A stretch of DNA of 64,000 nt from NCBI GenBank assembly GCA_964485605.1, contig CAZALQ010000001.1, positions 604-64,603 of the forward strand, in the 5' to 3' direction. Position numbers and translations under genes: made by a program. The notes under the pieces were generated by a model. That model was given only the letters and a program-made list of their open reading frames with translations, had not been told where the DNA came from and made no database searches. The stretch is from an uncultured Oscillospiraceae bacterium. GTDB lineage: Bacteria > Bacillota > Clostridia > Peptostreptococcales > Anaerovoracaceae. Numbering within the stretch: the stretch's first letter is position 1; the number at the start of each line of letters is the position of its first letter. Of this stretch, positions 43,376 to 53,346 are shown in pieces.

Positions 43376-45892
43376 TTGAAAGACCTATATACACAAGACA
43401 TCGTCGAAGTATCAGACATTTTAGACAACGGAACCATTGTGACGACAGACGGTAGATACGTCACCATAATGGAGATATTGGCACAGAATTTTGTTAATAA
43501 AGACGGGTCTGAGCAGGGAAGGATAATCAATAACTACCTGCGGTTTCTTGTTAAATTCGGAAAAAACGAGAAAAACTTCCGGATCAAGATTGTCAACCAG
43601 GCTATGCAAACAGACAGCTATACGCAGCTTTTTAAAGATGCGCAAAGTGAGGAAACAAACAGCTCTGTCAAGGAAATGATCAAGGATCACATTGACTTTG
43701 TTAAGCAGGTTTCTTCAGGAAACGCTATAGACAAAAGGTTTTATTTGATTTTTGATTACGATCCTAAAACGAGAAAAGGGACAGACAGCAGCACTCCACT
43801 TGAACAGATCTTGCTTGATATCGAGAATTCAAAGGAGATTGTCAGATCATACTTTAAGGAAATGGGGAACCCTGTAAAGGAGTTTGAAGATCCATTTATT
43901 GATGTAACTTCACTACTCTACAACTACTTCAACAGGGATTTCATGTTCAGCAGGCCTCTTAATACCAGATATGCAAGGATCCGAAAAGACTATAAAACGG
44001 TCTATGGTATAGAGGGGGATGAGGATCTGCCGTTGATGGATATAAGAGACCTTATTGCTCCAAGGTCAATAATAGATGTAGATGAGGAGTACTTGGCAGT
44101 CAACTCAAGGTACTACTGTCACCTTTATATAGAGGCAAATAACTATCCGAAAAGCATTTCACCTTTTTCCTGGATCAATGATATATCAGCTCTTGGCATA
44201 GGCTTTGATGTTGATGTCTTTTACGAAAAGTTAAGTAGGAAAGAGTCCCTTGAAAAATTGAAGTGGATGAAAAAGCTTACAGTTCCCAGAGCATCGGAAG
44301 CGAGGATGGATGATGAAAACTACATGGACGTAATGGCAGCCGACGAATCCGTACGCTTCTTTCAGGAAGCTCTTAAAGGAAATCTTGGTGATTCCGAAGC
44401 ACAGGATATGTACCAGATGTATACGCTTATCACCGTTTCCTCATCAAGTAAAAGCGGCTTAAAATATGCTTTGGATGCACTCGAAGACATTGCTATCAAG
44501 TATGACTGTACGATCATGATCGCCAAATATCTTCAAAGAGAAGCCTTTATGTCGGCAGCTCCCTGCGGGAACCTGGATGCAAGACTTAAACCTGTGATGC
44601 ATCATAATGTATCTACAGCTGCTGTTGGAGCGGCATATCCCTTTACATCCCTCACGCTTTCAGATAAGGAAGGTGTTGTTCTTGGTCTTGCTCCTGGTGC
44701 AGACGGACTGATAACATATAACAGTTTTGATCCAAGATACACTAACGGAAACCTTGTTATTCTTGGGAAAAGCGGTGCGGGAAAAACATTTACTCTTTCC
44801 GCGTATACAACAAGACAGCGTATGCTTGGCGTACAGAACTTCATTCTTACACCTAGCAAGAGTGAAGAGTTTATTCCTATATGCAATGCTCTTGGCGGGA
44901 CGTTTGTAAACGTAAGCCCTACAAGTATCACCAGGGTCAACCCCTTTGATATATTTCCAATGGATTCGGTGACGAATGATCTTCTTTATGAAAGATCCGG
45001 CGATGAGAAATCTTGGCTGTCAGAAAAGGTAAGCAGGTTGAAGATATTCTATAAGTACTTCATACCGGACATGCTTGATGAAGAAGCAGCGACGATGGGC
45101 AGGATAACGGAGAAGATATATAACGATAAAGGCATAACGACCAACAACAGATCGATTTATACAAAGAAAGACCGAAACGTTAAAAAAATGATGCCGACCT
45201 ACGCCGATTTATATAGAGAGATCGAAAAAGAGGTCAAAAAGAAGATGTTAAGGCCCAAGTTTAGAGATGTCTTTGCACAGTTTGTTACTGGCGTTTATAG
45301 GGAGATGAACGGTCAAACTAATGTTGACCTTGATAACAAGTATATTGTGTTTGGTTTTGACTCTTTCAACAACAACAGCGGAATGCTGGCCCCTATGATG
45401 TATATTGTATTGGAATACGTTATGGGAAAAGTAAAAGAGGATAAAACGAAGGCAAAGATTGTATCGCTTGATGAGGGGTGGAGGTTACTTGATGATAGAT
45501 CCCCCGAAGTTGCTACATTCGTAGAAGAAACTTGGAGAACGATCAGAAGTTATAGGGGTGCCGGAGTGTTTGCAACGCAAAGTATCGGTGACTTTTTCAA
45601 CGCGGGAAAGGCAGTAGCAACAGCTGTGCTTAATAACTCAGATGCCCAGATCCTCCTTGGCGTTCAATCTACGGAAATAGAAGAGATACAAGAAAGACTG
45701 CATCTTTCAGATCAGGAGGCTTCGATGCTGCTGTCTTTTGATAAAGGACAAGCACTTCTGTGTGCCGGCGAAAACCACCTTCCAATAAGGGTGATTGCCT
45801 CAGAAAAAGAAAAGTATCTTTATTCAACTGATGCAGCATCACTTAATGCGAAACTGAAAAAGATCAAAGAAGAAAGGGATAGAAAAAAATGA
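43376..45892 (+). CDS. virB4: VirB4-family conjugative ATPase
   Basis: 838 aa. Walker A LILGKSGAGKTFT and Walker B IVSLDEGWRLL. TTG start after gaggag. Confidence 0.8.
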   Translation: MKDLYTQDIVEVSDILDNGTIVTTDGRYVTIMEILAQNFVNKDGSEQGRIINNYLRFLVKFGKNEKNFRIKIVNQAMQTDSYTQLFKDAQSEETNSSVKEMIKDHIDFVKQVSSGNAIDKRFYLIFDYDPKTRKGTDSSTPLEQILLDIENSKEIVRSYFKEMGNPVKEFEDPFIDVTSLLYNYFNRDFMFSRPLNTRYARIRKDYKTVYGIEGDEDLPLMDIRDLIAPRSIIDVDEEYLAVNSRYYCHLYIEANNYPKSISPFSWINDISALGIGFDVDVFYEKLSRKESLEKLKWMKKLTVPRASEARMDDENYMDVMAADESVRFFQEALKGNLGDSEAQDMYQMYTLITVSSSSKSGLKYALDALEDIAIKYDCTIMIAKYLQREAFMSAAPCGNLDARLKPVMHHNVSTAAVGAAYPFTSLTLSDKEGVVLGLAPGADGLITYNSFDPRYTNGNLVILGKSGAGKTFTLSAYTTRQRMLGVQNFILTPSKSEEFIPICNALGGTFVNVSPTSITRVNPFDIFPMDSVTNDLLYERSGDEKSWLSEKVSRLKIFYKYFIPDMLDEEAATMGRITEKIYNDKGITTNNRSIYTKKDRNVKKMMPTYADLYREIEKEVKKKMLRPKFRDVFAQFVTGVYREMNGQTNVDLDNKYIVFGFDSFNNNSGMLAPMMYIVLEYVMGKVKEDKTKAKIVSLDEGWRLLDDRSPEVATFVEETWRTIRSYRGAGVFATQSIGDFFNAGKAVATAVLNNSDAQILLGVQSTEIEEIQERLHLSDQEASMLLSFDKGQALLCAGENHLPIRVIASEKEKYLYSTDAASLNAKLKKIKEERDRKK

Positions 45893-46479
45893 TGTCAAGA
45901 GAAGTTCTCCAGATACATGGAGCCAAGGAATTGATAAATCTGATAGAAACTTTTGATGCCCTGCCTAGAGAAGCCCTGGATAAATTCTTTAATCCATACG
46001 AACTGCATACACTTCAGACTATAAGCGATGTGACAGCATATAATTATGTGTTTTATGATGCAAACGAAGATATAGTTATGAAATATAAAGGGGTTTCTCT
46101 ATCTTCCGTAAGGACAGCCTGTTTTGAGACCATCTGTGCAATGGCTAATGGAAAGAGATTCAATGTAGCAAAGACCCTGCTGCAGGGGTTTGATTATGCA
46201 TTCATTATAGAGGGAGATGAAAATATATATCAAGTTATGTATTTCGGTTCAGATGGCCCTGAAAAGCTTGCCTTGTATAATACAAGTATAGACTCAAATT
46301 GTGGATATATCCCAGTCTTTGTTTTCGTTAATTCCGGGACGGAGGATCTTTACCGTAGAAACGAAAAAGGAGAAGAATATCTCATTCCAAACGGAGAGTA
46401 CTATATCTCTAAAGTGTCTATTAACGGCCGGACAGGTAATGCAATAGTATCTAAGGAAGAGGGCAAAACTTGCGAGTAG
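45889..46479 (+). CDS. Hypothetical 196-aa transfer-region protein
   Basis: ATGA overlap with virB4. Confidence 0.55.
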   Translation: MMSREVLQIHGAKELINLIETFDALPREALDKFFNPYELHTLQTISDVTAYNYVFYDANEDIVMKYKGVSLSSVRTACFETICAMANGKRFNVAKTLLQGFDYAFIIEGDENIYQVMYFGSDGPEKLALYNTSIDSNCGYIPVFVFVNSGTEDLYRRNEKGEEYLIPNGEYYISKVSINGRTGNAIVSKEEGKTCE

Positions 46480-47114
46480 AAAGCGACATAAAAACAGAAG
46501 CCAAAGACATCCTGCAAAAGAGCGAGGATGTCTTTTCCGCTGCAAGTGATCTTTATACCGGTATTGAGACAGACAGACCATATAAGGTTAAGGAGAATAT
46601 TATAGCGGTTCTAAAAAAGGCGGAGACACTATATCTGAAATCTAGGGAACTGTCGATCTATCTCAGGGAAAAAAATGATGATCAGTCCTTTCCGGCGGCA
46701 ACGAGTCTTGGATCTCTGAAAGTGTTTTCTGAGAGAGCGTATTTATTTACACTGCCGCCAATGAGGTCAGTAAGAAAGAAAAAAGAGACCCTTGGCCTTG
46801 GAGACGTACTAAAAAGCGAGGTCATTTCGCTTGTAAAAAAAGCAAAAGATGAGGGCTTCACCATTAACCAACTTGATCATCCTGTAGTACATTTTGTACA
46901 TTGTGTCAGCAGAGAGAGTATAGAGAAAGGAATGGTGACTGATGCGGATAATCTTGATTCAGCTAAAGTAGTTGATGGTCTGCAGTCAAGTCTAATTATT
47001 AAAAATGATACAGTGCTTTCGATCACCTTGGTCCATGAAGGATTCATAGGAGAAGAAGATAAAACTCTTCTTTATGTGTATGAGAAAGGCTATCTTGAAG
47101 ACTTTAAAAACTAA
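46470..47114 (+). CDS. Hypothetical 214-aa transfer-region protein
   Basis: TTG start after aaggaagaggg. Overlaps the upstream gene. Confidence 0.5.
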   Translation: MRVESDIKTEAKDILQKSEDVFSAASDLYTGIETDRPYKVKENIIAVLKKAETLYLKSRELSIYLREKNDDQSFPAATSLGSLKVFSERAYLFTLPPMRSVRKKKETLGLGDVLKSEVISLVKKAKDEGFTINQLDHPVVHFVHCVSRESIEKGMVTDADNLDSAKVVDGLQSSLIIKNDTVLSITLVHEGFIGEEDKTLLYVYEKGYLEDFKN

Positions 47115-47119
47115 CAAAA

Positions 47120-47173
47120 CCCCCTACCATTTTTACTTTTGATGATGCTTGTGGAAATGGTAGGAGGTTTTTT
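47120..47173 (+). terminator. Intrinsic terminator
   Basis: cctaccattt (22-nt loop) aaatggtagg, extended by GC pairs, followed by tttttt. Confidence 0.7.
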
Positions 47174-47274
47174 ACCTTCAAACCCTTGAAAATGTGCTGT
47201 TTTGTAGGATAATGAAGTAAAAGAATAAAGTTTAAATATTTTCAATAAAAAAAATTTAACTTAGAACACATTTA

Positions 47275-48546
47275 ATGGACTATATCGTAGGAACAATAAA
47301 AGAGGATTTACTTGCAACTATCGGAATGGTAGGTGAGATTGATTATAAGTGTTATATGGATGGGGTTTCGTATAACACTAATTTTTTGAGATTACAAATA
47401 AGGAATCTCGTAAAGCAGGGTATTCTTCTAAAGACGCAGGTAGATGCAGCAGGAAAAAGAAACAAATCCCTAAGGCTGTCAGTTCCAGGCGGACACGAAG
47501 CACTAAGCTCATATGCGACTGAACTAGCTGCACATCTAGATCTCCTTGAAAGGACCGGAGATCCCGCAGGCAACTACATCCATCTTTACAAAGGAAATTC
47601 TGCATACCGTGAGAAGCGTTTTTTAAAGGCAGCCGGAATGCTTAAACTTATATCCCTTCCATACTGTGATATCGATTTCATTAGGACATCATTTGAAGTT
47701 GATTACCGAAAAGGATGGAGCAAGACTGACCCTAAGATATCAGAAGAAGGGTATTCAGTATTTAATGCGGACGGAAGTGTTCGAACATTGGAAGAAATTC
47801 TTGAGCATATAAGATATAAAGAAGACAATAATCTGCATTTTATATCTTCAAGGGTGATCCTTAAAAAGTTTCAAGAAGAAGCGTACTTTTTTCTAAAAGA
47901 AATAAACAGGACAGCCTCTATAGGAGCGCTTGTGAAGGGAGTTAAACTATTTCCTGTTTACTACACACCTGCTATTAAAAAAGGTTGGAAGCATTCGTCA
48001 GAGGCAACTTACTTATCATACTTAAGAGAAGCTTTAAGAACCAGTGCCCCCTGCAGTCAAACAGACTGTGATCCTTTTTTTCTTCTCGAAAACGTATCTG
48101 AAATAAAGGACTGTCTAAATAGTACTGGTTTAGGAGCACAAATAGATAAGTCTATATCCTTGGGAAATACCGCTTATCTGATTCCGACTGATATAAATTA
48201 TGGAAACGTGCTGCTTCTAGCCTTAGATAAAGCTTTAGAAGAAGAGATTCTTAAATCCGTCTTAGGACTAGATTATATTGAAACCACAATTGACTATAGG
48301 ATTGGAGAAATAGACAGAGTTCCAGTTTACTCGCTTCTAGATTGCGATCTAAGAAAGATGCAAAACCTTTTGGCATCAGGAGCAACATCCGGCGCATATC
48401 TTATCATTCATCAGTGGCAAGAAGAACTGGCCGCAGAATTCTATCCTGAAACCAAAAATACGATCATACTTACAGATAAGGCTGTCACAGATTTTATCTA
48501 TAGCGATAAAAGAGAGGAAGACAATTCAGATGAAAATTACTTCTAA
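47275..48546 (+). CDS. Hypothetical 423-aa protein with N-terminal wHTH (replication-relaxation-like) pattern
   Basis: LRLQIRNLVKQGILLKTQVDAAGKRNKSLRLSVPGGHEAL resembles a wHTH. No RBS at the listed ATG, so the start is uncertain. Confidence 0.5.
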   Translation: MDYIVGTIKEDLLATIGMVGEIDYKCYMDGVSYNTNFLRLQIRNLVKQGILLKTQVDAAGKRNKSLRLSVPGGHEALSSYATELAAHLDLLERTGDPAGNYIHLYKGNSAYREKRFLKAAGMLKLISLPYCDIDFIRTSFEVDYRKGWSKTDPKISEEGYSVFNADGSVRTLEEILEHIRYKEDNNLHFISSRVILKKFQEEAYFFLKEINRTASIGALVKGVKLFPVYYTPAIKKGWKHSSEATYLSYLREALRTSAPCSQTDCDPFFLLENVSEIKDCLNSTGLGAQIDKSISLGNTAYLIPTDINYGNVLLLALDKALEEEILKSVLGLDYIETTIDYRIGEIDRVPVYSLLDCDLRKMQNLLASGATSGAYLIIHQWQEELAAEFYPETKNTIILTDKAVTDFIYSDKREEDNSDENYF

Positions 48547-50803
48547 AAAAATCGTCGGCGAAACAAAACGGTTCCTTTCTTTTGAACTGATCATAGGAAT
48601 ACTATCTTCGGTCCTTATATGGGTAATGTCGGTTTACATCTGGTATGGAATTTATGTAATGAAAATAATAGGTCAGATGGATGCAGAAAGGGTAAGCGGG
48701 CTTTTTAAGATAGCTGGAAAGATGCTAAGAGACGCACCGATCGTATTCATCCTGATTACGATATTATCCTTAGTATTAGGCTTTGCTATCGGGGCACTAG
48801 CTAGGAAGAGAAAGAGAATTCCTGACAAGAGGGGCGATATCATATCTCCTAAAAGCAGAAGACGCCCAATGGATAATGAAGAGCTTAAGACCGTATTCGA
48901 ATTAAGGGATGAAAAGGATCTTGAAGGATTAATACTTGGTGTCGATGAAGAGACTGGTCTTATAATCACTCTCCCAGACAAGCCCATCGACTACAACAAA
49001 GCTCCGACCAACGAGATGTTGATAGGCTTTGGACCTTCAGGAACAAGAAAGACATCCGGCATAATACTCCCTAACATTTATCAGTTTTTAAAGGAAGGAA
49101 GACCTCTTTGCATAACTGATCCTAAAGGGGAGATCTATAGAGATACGGTTGCCGCAGCCAGATATTATGGATATAAGATCCACATTCTCAATATAATAAC
49201 TAACCGCGGTGAACATTCTGACGGCGTCGATATACTAAAGCCAATAAGAGACGCTTCGGATGAAGAAGCTAATGCTCTTATCCAGATGATAAGAAACGTC
49301 ATTCTTGCAAATACCGGAGATGGGAAGCAGGATCTGTTCTGGAAAAGATCAGCTGAGAACTTTCTTGATTTTATCCTTACGCTTGTAACAAGGGTGGCAT
49401 CCTTCAAGCAGACATACACTGTAACATCAGGCGGAAACAAGTACTCAAAGAGGTTCCCGGAAAATGGGGCCGGAGAATTCCGGACATTCTACACCCTTTA
49501 TGAGCTTTTAAAACTTTCGGACGAAGATCTGATCAACCTTGTCGAGCAAACGATCGATGAAAAAGATATGGATAAGATAAGGGGTGCATATGTCAACTGG
49601 AAAGGAAACAGCCAGCATGGTCAAATAAAGGTGTCCCTTGCGACTCAGCTGAATATCTTCAACAACCCGACCCTTTGCAAGATTTTATCTGAACCAGAAA
49701 TAGATCTTGACAGGATAGCGACAGAGAAGGCTGTGATCTATCTTGAATGTCCGGATGGACCATCCCCGCAGGCATGTGTTTTGTCAATGTTTACAACCAT
49801 GCTCTTCCACAAGCTTGAAACATACGTTGATGTGGAAAGACGGGGAAAGGGTCTTGACAAGTCATATACAGTTATCTTTGAGGAGTTTCCGAATATCGGA
49901 CGTATTCCGGATGTAAGCAGGTATCTTGCTACTTTCAGGTCAAGAAAGATCACTTTAATGATGTTCTTCCAAGACCTTTCGCAGATGAAGGATTTATATA
50001 GCACACCGGAAAGACCTCTGGAGTGGGAAGCAATGCTCGATAACTGCTCCATAAAACTTCTGTTAGGCACCGGTGATGTTCCCACAGCTGAAAGATTTGA
50101 AAAATTATGCGGTAATATGACGGTTATAGAACAGTCCCAAAGAAGAACAAGGAACATCTTTACAAGATTCCTTTCTTCTGCAGAAGAGACACAGACAATA
50201 ACCGAAAGAGAAAGACCTGTCTACTCGGCATCCGAACTTTTAGGAGACATGTTCCCGGTAAACAAGATTCTTATCCTCGTTACGCAGCATAATCCTCTTA
50301 TGGCTGAAAAGTACTATAGCAAGAGACATCCTCTTTACAGACTCAGGTTTGAAGCGGACGACGGAGGAGTGTTAGAAGATGTGGACCCTACTATACATAT
50401 ACCCGCCTGGAGACTTAGAGAACTCTCATCCCAAAGGAATCAGATAGTGGGAAGAGGTTATGATCCTGGCGAAAAGGTAATGAGGATCCGGTACTTTGAA
50501 AACTATGATCTGCCGGAGGAGATACCGGAGGAAGAAAAAGAGGAAAACCGTTTCAAGAAAGTGATAGAGCACATTCTCTTTGAAGATGAACCTGAAATCA
50601 AAAAAAGAAAAAGGGTAGTAAGTAAAAGGTCTTTTAAGGATTTCGAAAGAGAAGATGAAGTTCCTCTGCAGTCACTGGTTAAAGAGCTGACAGAAGACCG
50701 TGAAGAAGATATAGATGAGAACGAGGGGTATGACGCTGCTTTAGGAGATATAGATGAACGTGACAAAAAGGCAAGCGCTGTGTTTGACGATTATGATTGG
50801 TAG
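48530..50803 (+). CDS. virD4: VirD4/TraG-type type IV coupling protein
   Basis: N-terminal TM helices and Walker A GFGPSGTRKTSG. The 757-aa length and acidic C-terminal tail also fit. Confidence 0.8.
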   Translation: MKITSKKIVGETKRFLSFELIIGILSSVLIWVMSVYIWYGIYVMKIIGQMDAERVSGLFKIAGKMLRDAPIVFILITILSLVLGFAIGALARKRKRIPDKRGDIISPKSRRRPMDNEELKTVFELRDEKDLEGLILGVDEETGLIITLPDKPIDYNKAPTNEMLIGFGPSGTRKTSGIILPNIYQFLKEGRPLCITDPKGEIYRDTVAAARYYGYKIHILNIITNRGEHSDGVDILKPIRDASDEEANALIQMIRNVILANTGDGKQDLFWKRSAENFLDFILTLVTRVASFKQTYTVTSGGNKYSKRFPENGAGEFRTFYTLYELLKLSDEDLINLVEQTIDEKDMDKIRGAYVNWKGNSQHGQIKVSLATQLNIFNNPTLCKILSEPEIDLDRIATEKAVIYLECPDGPSPQACVLSMFTTMLFHKLETYVDVERRGKGLDKSYTVIFEEFPNIGRIPDVSRYLATFRSRKITLMMFFQDLSQMKDLYSTPERPLEWEAMLDNCSIKLLLGTGDVPTAERFEKLCGNMTVIEQSQRRTRNIFTRFLSSAEETQTITERERPVYSASELLGDMFPVNKILILVTQHNPLMAEKYYSKRHPLYRLRFEADDGGVLEDVDPTIHIPAWRLRELSSQRNQIVGRGYDPGEKVMRIRYFENYDLPEEIPEEEKEENRFKKVIEHILFEDEPEIKKRKRVVSKRSFKDFEREDEVPLQSLVKELTEDREEDIDENEGYDAALGDIDERDKKASAVFDDYDW

Positions 50804-50819
50804 AAAGGATTATTAAGAT

Positions 50820-52082
50820 ATGTATAGAGCTAAACTTGAAAAGATGAAGAAAAAGCAGCTTCTAGAAGAAGCCGATAAGTTTCCAGGCAGAGCTGATGTC
50901 AAAGACTCAGATACTATTCCTGTTATTATCGACAAGCTGGTCCTTGCAGACATAAGTAAGCCAAGCAAGATCGAGCAGTATAAAACGGCTAAAACAGAAG
51001 TCTCTGGTTTTACAAAGCAATATGGCGATGACTATGAACTCAGCACGGTTGGTCTTATCTCGGAAGAGGAGCTTTTATCTCCGGAAGAGCGTGCAGAAAG
51101 AGAACTTAGAGATAACTATGCAAGGCCTGACAGTTCACCGCTTAAGGCAGTTATCACAGGATATGAAAAGATGCTCGCAGATGAAGGAGAAGCATTCTTC
51201 GTCATTCATGCAAGCTATGGTGAAGCACAAAGAGAGATCCTTGTTCCTTTCGAAGAGTATGTCCTGGAAGTTAGATCTGAAGTCGTTAAAAGACTTGCAT
51301 CAGAGAACGCCAATAGGGCGAATGATAATGCATGCGAGACTGTTGATCCTAAGAAGATGTCCGACAGAGAAATAAGGACATACATCGAAAAAAGAGCAGG
51401 AACACACTTTAACTTTACAGTGACCGATGTTGACGAGGATGAAGGTGGATACATACTCGGATCGAGAGTCAAGGCTGCAGAAAAAGATAAAATAATGTGG
51501 CAAAGAGTCGTAGGAATCGGGGCACATAAAGGAGAATATCTCATAAGAGAGGGAAGGACTATTACATGTGAGATCATGGCGGTACTTCCTTATGGCATCT
51601 ATGTAGATATTTATGGATATGAATTCTTTGTTCCTAAATGTGAACTGGAATATATTCAGCGAATTAACCTCACAGGGAAATATAGACCTGGTCAATATAT
51701 AAAGCTGCTTATAAAAAGTATAACAAGAGACGAAAAAGGCCATTTCCTAAAGGCTGCTCTTTCAAAGATCGACCTTAATACAGGGAAAACCCCTCAACAG
51801 GACGCTGCAGAAAAACTCAGGAAAAATCAGATCGTATTCGGGACTGTAATAGACAGAGAAATGGATCTGAAAGGAAAAGTCAGATATTATGTACTGTACC
51901 GTGGATGTCTTCAAATTGCATGTTACCTTGACGACAGGCTATCTATAAACGTAAAGATTGGAGATGAAGTTAAGATCAAGATCTCTGAGTCGATACCGGA
52001 AACAGGACAGGCAAGGGGATATATTCAGCACGTGACTCCGAACTTCGAGGCCATAGACCCTAAGAATTGGAGTGACTTATAA
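50820..52082 (+). CDS. Protein with SAP/Rho-N-like N-terminus and two S1-like RNA-binding domains (tentative)
   Basis: LEKMKKKQLLEEADKF at the N-terminus. GRTITCEIMAVLPYGIYVDIYGYEFFVPKCELEY and NQIVFGTVIDREM... resemble S1/OB motifs. Confidence 0.45.
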   Translation: MYRAKLEKMKKKQLLEEADKFPGRADVKDSDTIPVIIDKLVLADISKPSKIEQYKTAKTEVSGFTKQYGDDYELSTVGLISEEELLSPEERAERELRDNYARPDSSPLKAVITGYEKMLADEGEAFFVIHASYGEAQREILVPFEEYVLEVRSEVVKRLASENANRANDNACETVDPKKMSDREIRTYIEKRAGTHFNFTVTDVDEDEGGYILGSRVKAAEKDKIMWQRVVGIGAHKGEYLIREGRTITCEIMAVLPYGIYVDIYGYEFFVPKCELEYIQRINLTGKYRPGQYIKLLIKSITRDEKGHFLKAALSKIDLNTGKTPQQDAAEKLRKNQIVFGTVIDREMDLKGKVRYYVLYRGCLQIACYLDDRLSINVKIGDEVKIKISESIPETGQARGYIQHVTPNFEAIDPKNWSDL

Positions 52083-52091
52083 ATGTATTTT

Positions 52092-52143
52092 ATCTAAATA
52101 ATATATTTAGATTATTGACATTTCTTTTATTAAGTGTTATAGA
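52092..52143 (+). promoter_or_regulatory. Operator inverted repeat + promoter of the sigma-factor gene
   Basis: ATCTAAATAataTATTTAGAT (52092-52112) is followed by ta, TTGACA (52115-52120), a 17-nt spacer and TATAGA (52138-52143) with TG extension. The geometry is identical to 16528-16579. Confidence 0.65.
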
Positions 52144-52192
52144 TAAAACAGAGAAAGGTTTTATCTATGATAAACCCTTAAGGGAGATGCCA

Positions 52193-52738
52193 ATGAAAAC
52201 TATAGATAAGGAAAAACTTATAGAAGAAAACCTCGGGCTTGTAGGATACACGCTTTCGCTCCTCAACGTAAGAGAACTCTTAAGAAAAAATGATAGGCTT
52301 ACCTATGAGGATTTATTCCAGGAAGGTTGCCTTGCTCTTTGCAACGCAGCTATGGCATATGACAGCAAAAAAGGAGCCTTCTCTACACTTGCAGTCATAA
52401 GTATAAAGAGGCATATTATTGGACTTGTTAGGAAGGAATCCGGGAGCAAAAGATATGCACATAGCAGCGCTATATCAATCGAGACAGAAGAAGGGATTTC
52501 TCTTCTTGACAAGCTTCCCGGGAAGACAGTATCTGACATGCTCTCATATACAGCTCTAAAAGAGGAGGTTTTAAAAAAGGCAGAAGAACTAGGTGTCTGC
52601 TCAGAAGCCAGAGCAATGATCTATTCTCAGGAGGAAAAGATCACCCTTGCAAAGGCATGCAGGGAACTTGGTCTTATCTATAAAACGACACAAAAAAGAA
52701 TACAGAGACTAAAAAAAGTTTTGACAAGTGAGGCGTAG
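52193..52738 (+). CDS. Sigma-70-family RNA polymerase sigma factor (small, regions 2 and 4)
   Basis: Region 2 is DLFQEGCLALCNAAMAYDSKKGAFSTLAVISIKRHI. The region-4 HTH is ITLAKACRELGLIYKTTQKRIQRLKK. The ATG at 52193 lies 7 nt after gggag. Confidence 0.75.
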   Translation: MKTIDKEKLIEENLGLVGYTLSLLNVRELLRKNDRLTYEDLFQEGCLALCNAAMAYDSKKGAFSTLAVISIKRHIIGLVRKESGSKRYAHSSAISIETEEGISLLDKLPGKTVSDMLSYTALKEEVLKKAEELGVCSEARAMIYSQEEKITLAKACRELGLIYKTTQKRIQRLKKVLTSEA

Positions 52739-52916
52739 CTGCTTTATACTTAACGATAGCAGGCGATCTTATTGGCGCCCCCGCTAAATCATTTGTTAAA
52801 AATCAGTGCAAAATTGTAACATGAAATTCTCCAATACTGAATAGAATGTTCGGTTTTGCCTACTATGTGCAGATAACAGAGATAGGTCAAAACTTAAGGC
52901 CTATCTCTTTTGTTTT
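52721..52916 (+). promoter_or_regulatory. Module F: promoter TTGACA-18-TATACT, about 160-nt leader with ATCATTTGTTAAAAA box, intrinsic terminator
   Basis: The box at 52788-52802 matches ATCATCTGTTAAAAA of modules A and C at 14 of 15 positions. The terminator is agagatagg...cctatctct followed by tttgtttt (52878-52916). Confidence 0.45.
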
Positions 52917-52976
52917 GCAATTACATATAAAGGAACAAATAATCATCAACACTTAATACGAAAGGAATAAGAAAAA

Positions 52977-53264
52977 ATGAAAGAACTTTTAACCACAATG
53001 ATGACATTCGCACTCACGCCGAATATCAAGAACGACACTCTAAGAAGAATAGCTGAAAAGCTCCTTGAACTCAGGGGAGACATTATTGCAATCGCCAGCG
53101 TTATAGCAGGGGTGTCATTCCTTATCACGCTTATATTCAACTTTATCCTTCCGGGAGGAGACTCAAAAGAAGGATGGAAGAGAGTTAAGACAATCCTTAT
53201 CGCATACGCATGCGTTGTAGGTGTAACCCTTATCTTTGGGTTTGTAGACGGACTTCTTGCATAA
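52977..53264 (+). CDS. Small two-TM protein, VirB2/TrbC pilin-like (tentative)
   Basis: 95 aa with two hydrophobic helices. First gene of the T4SS structural block. Confidence 0.4.
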   Translation: MKELLTTMMTFALTPNIKNDTLRRIAEKLLELRGDIIAIASVIAGVSFLITLIFNFILPGGDSKEGWKRVKTILIAYACVVGVTLIFGFVDGLLA

Positions 53265-53346
53265 GTAATTTCTATTATATAAGGGCGACGTCATTATATT
53301 TTGGACGTGCCCTTTTGTGCTTTTTAAAACGGAGCAATAGTAAATC

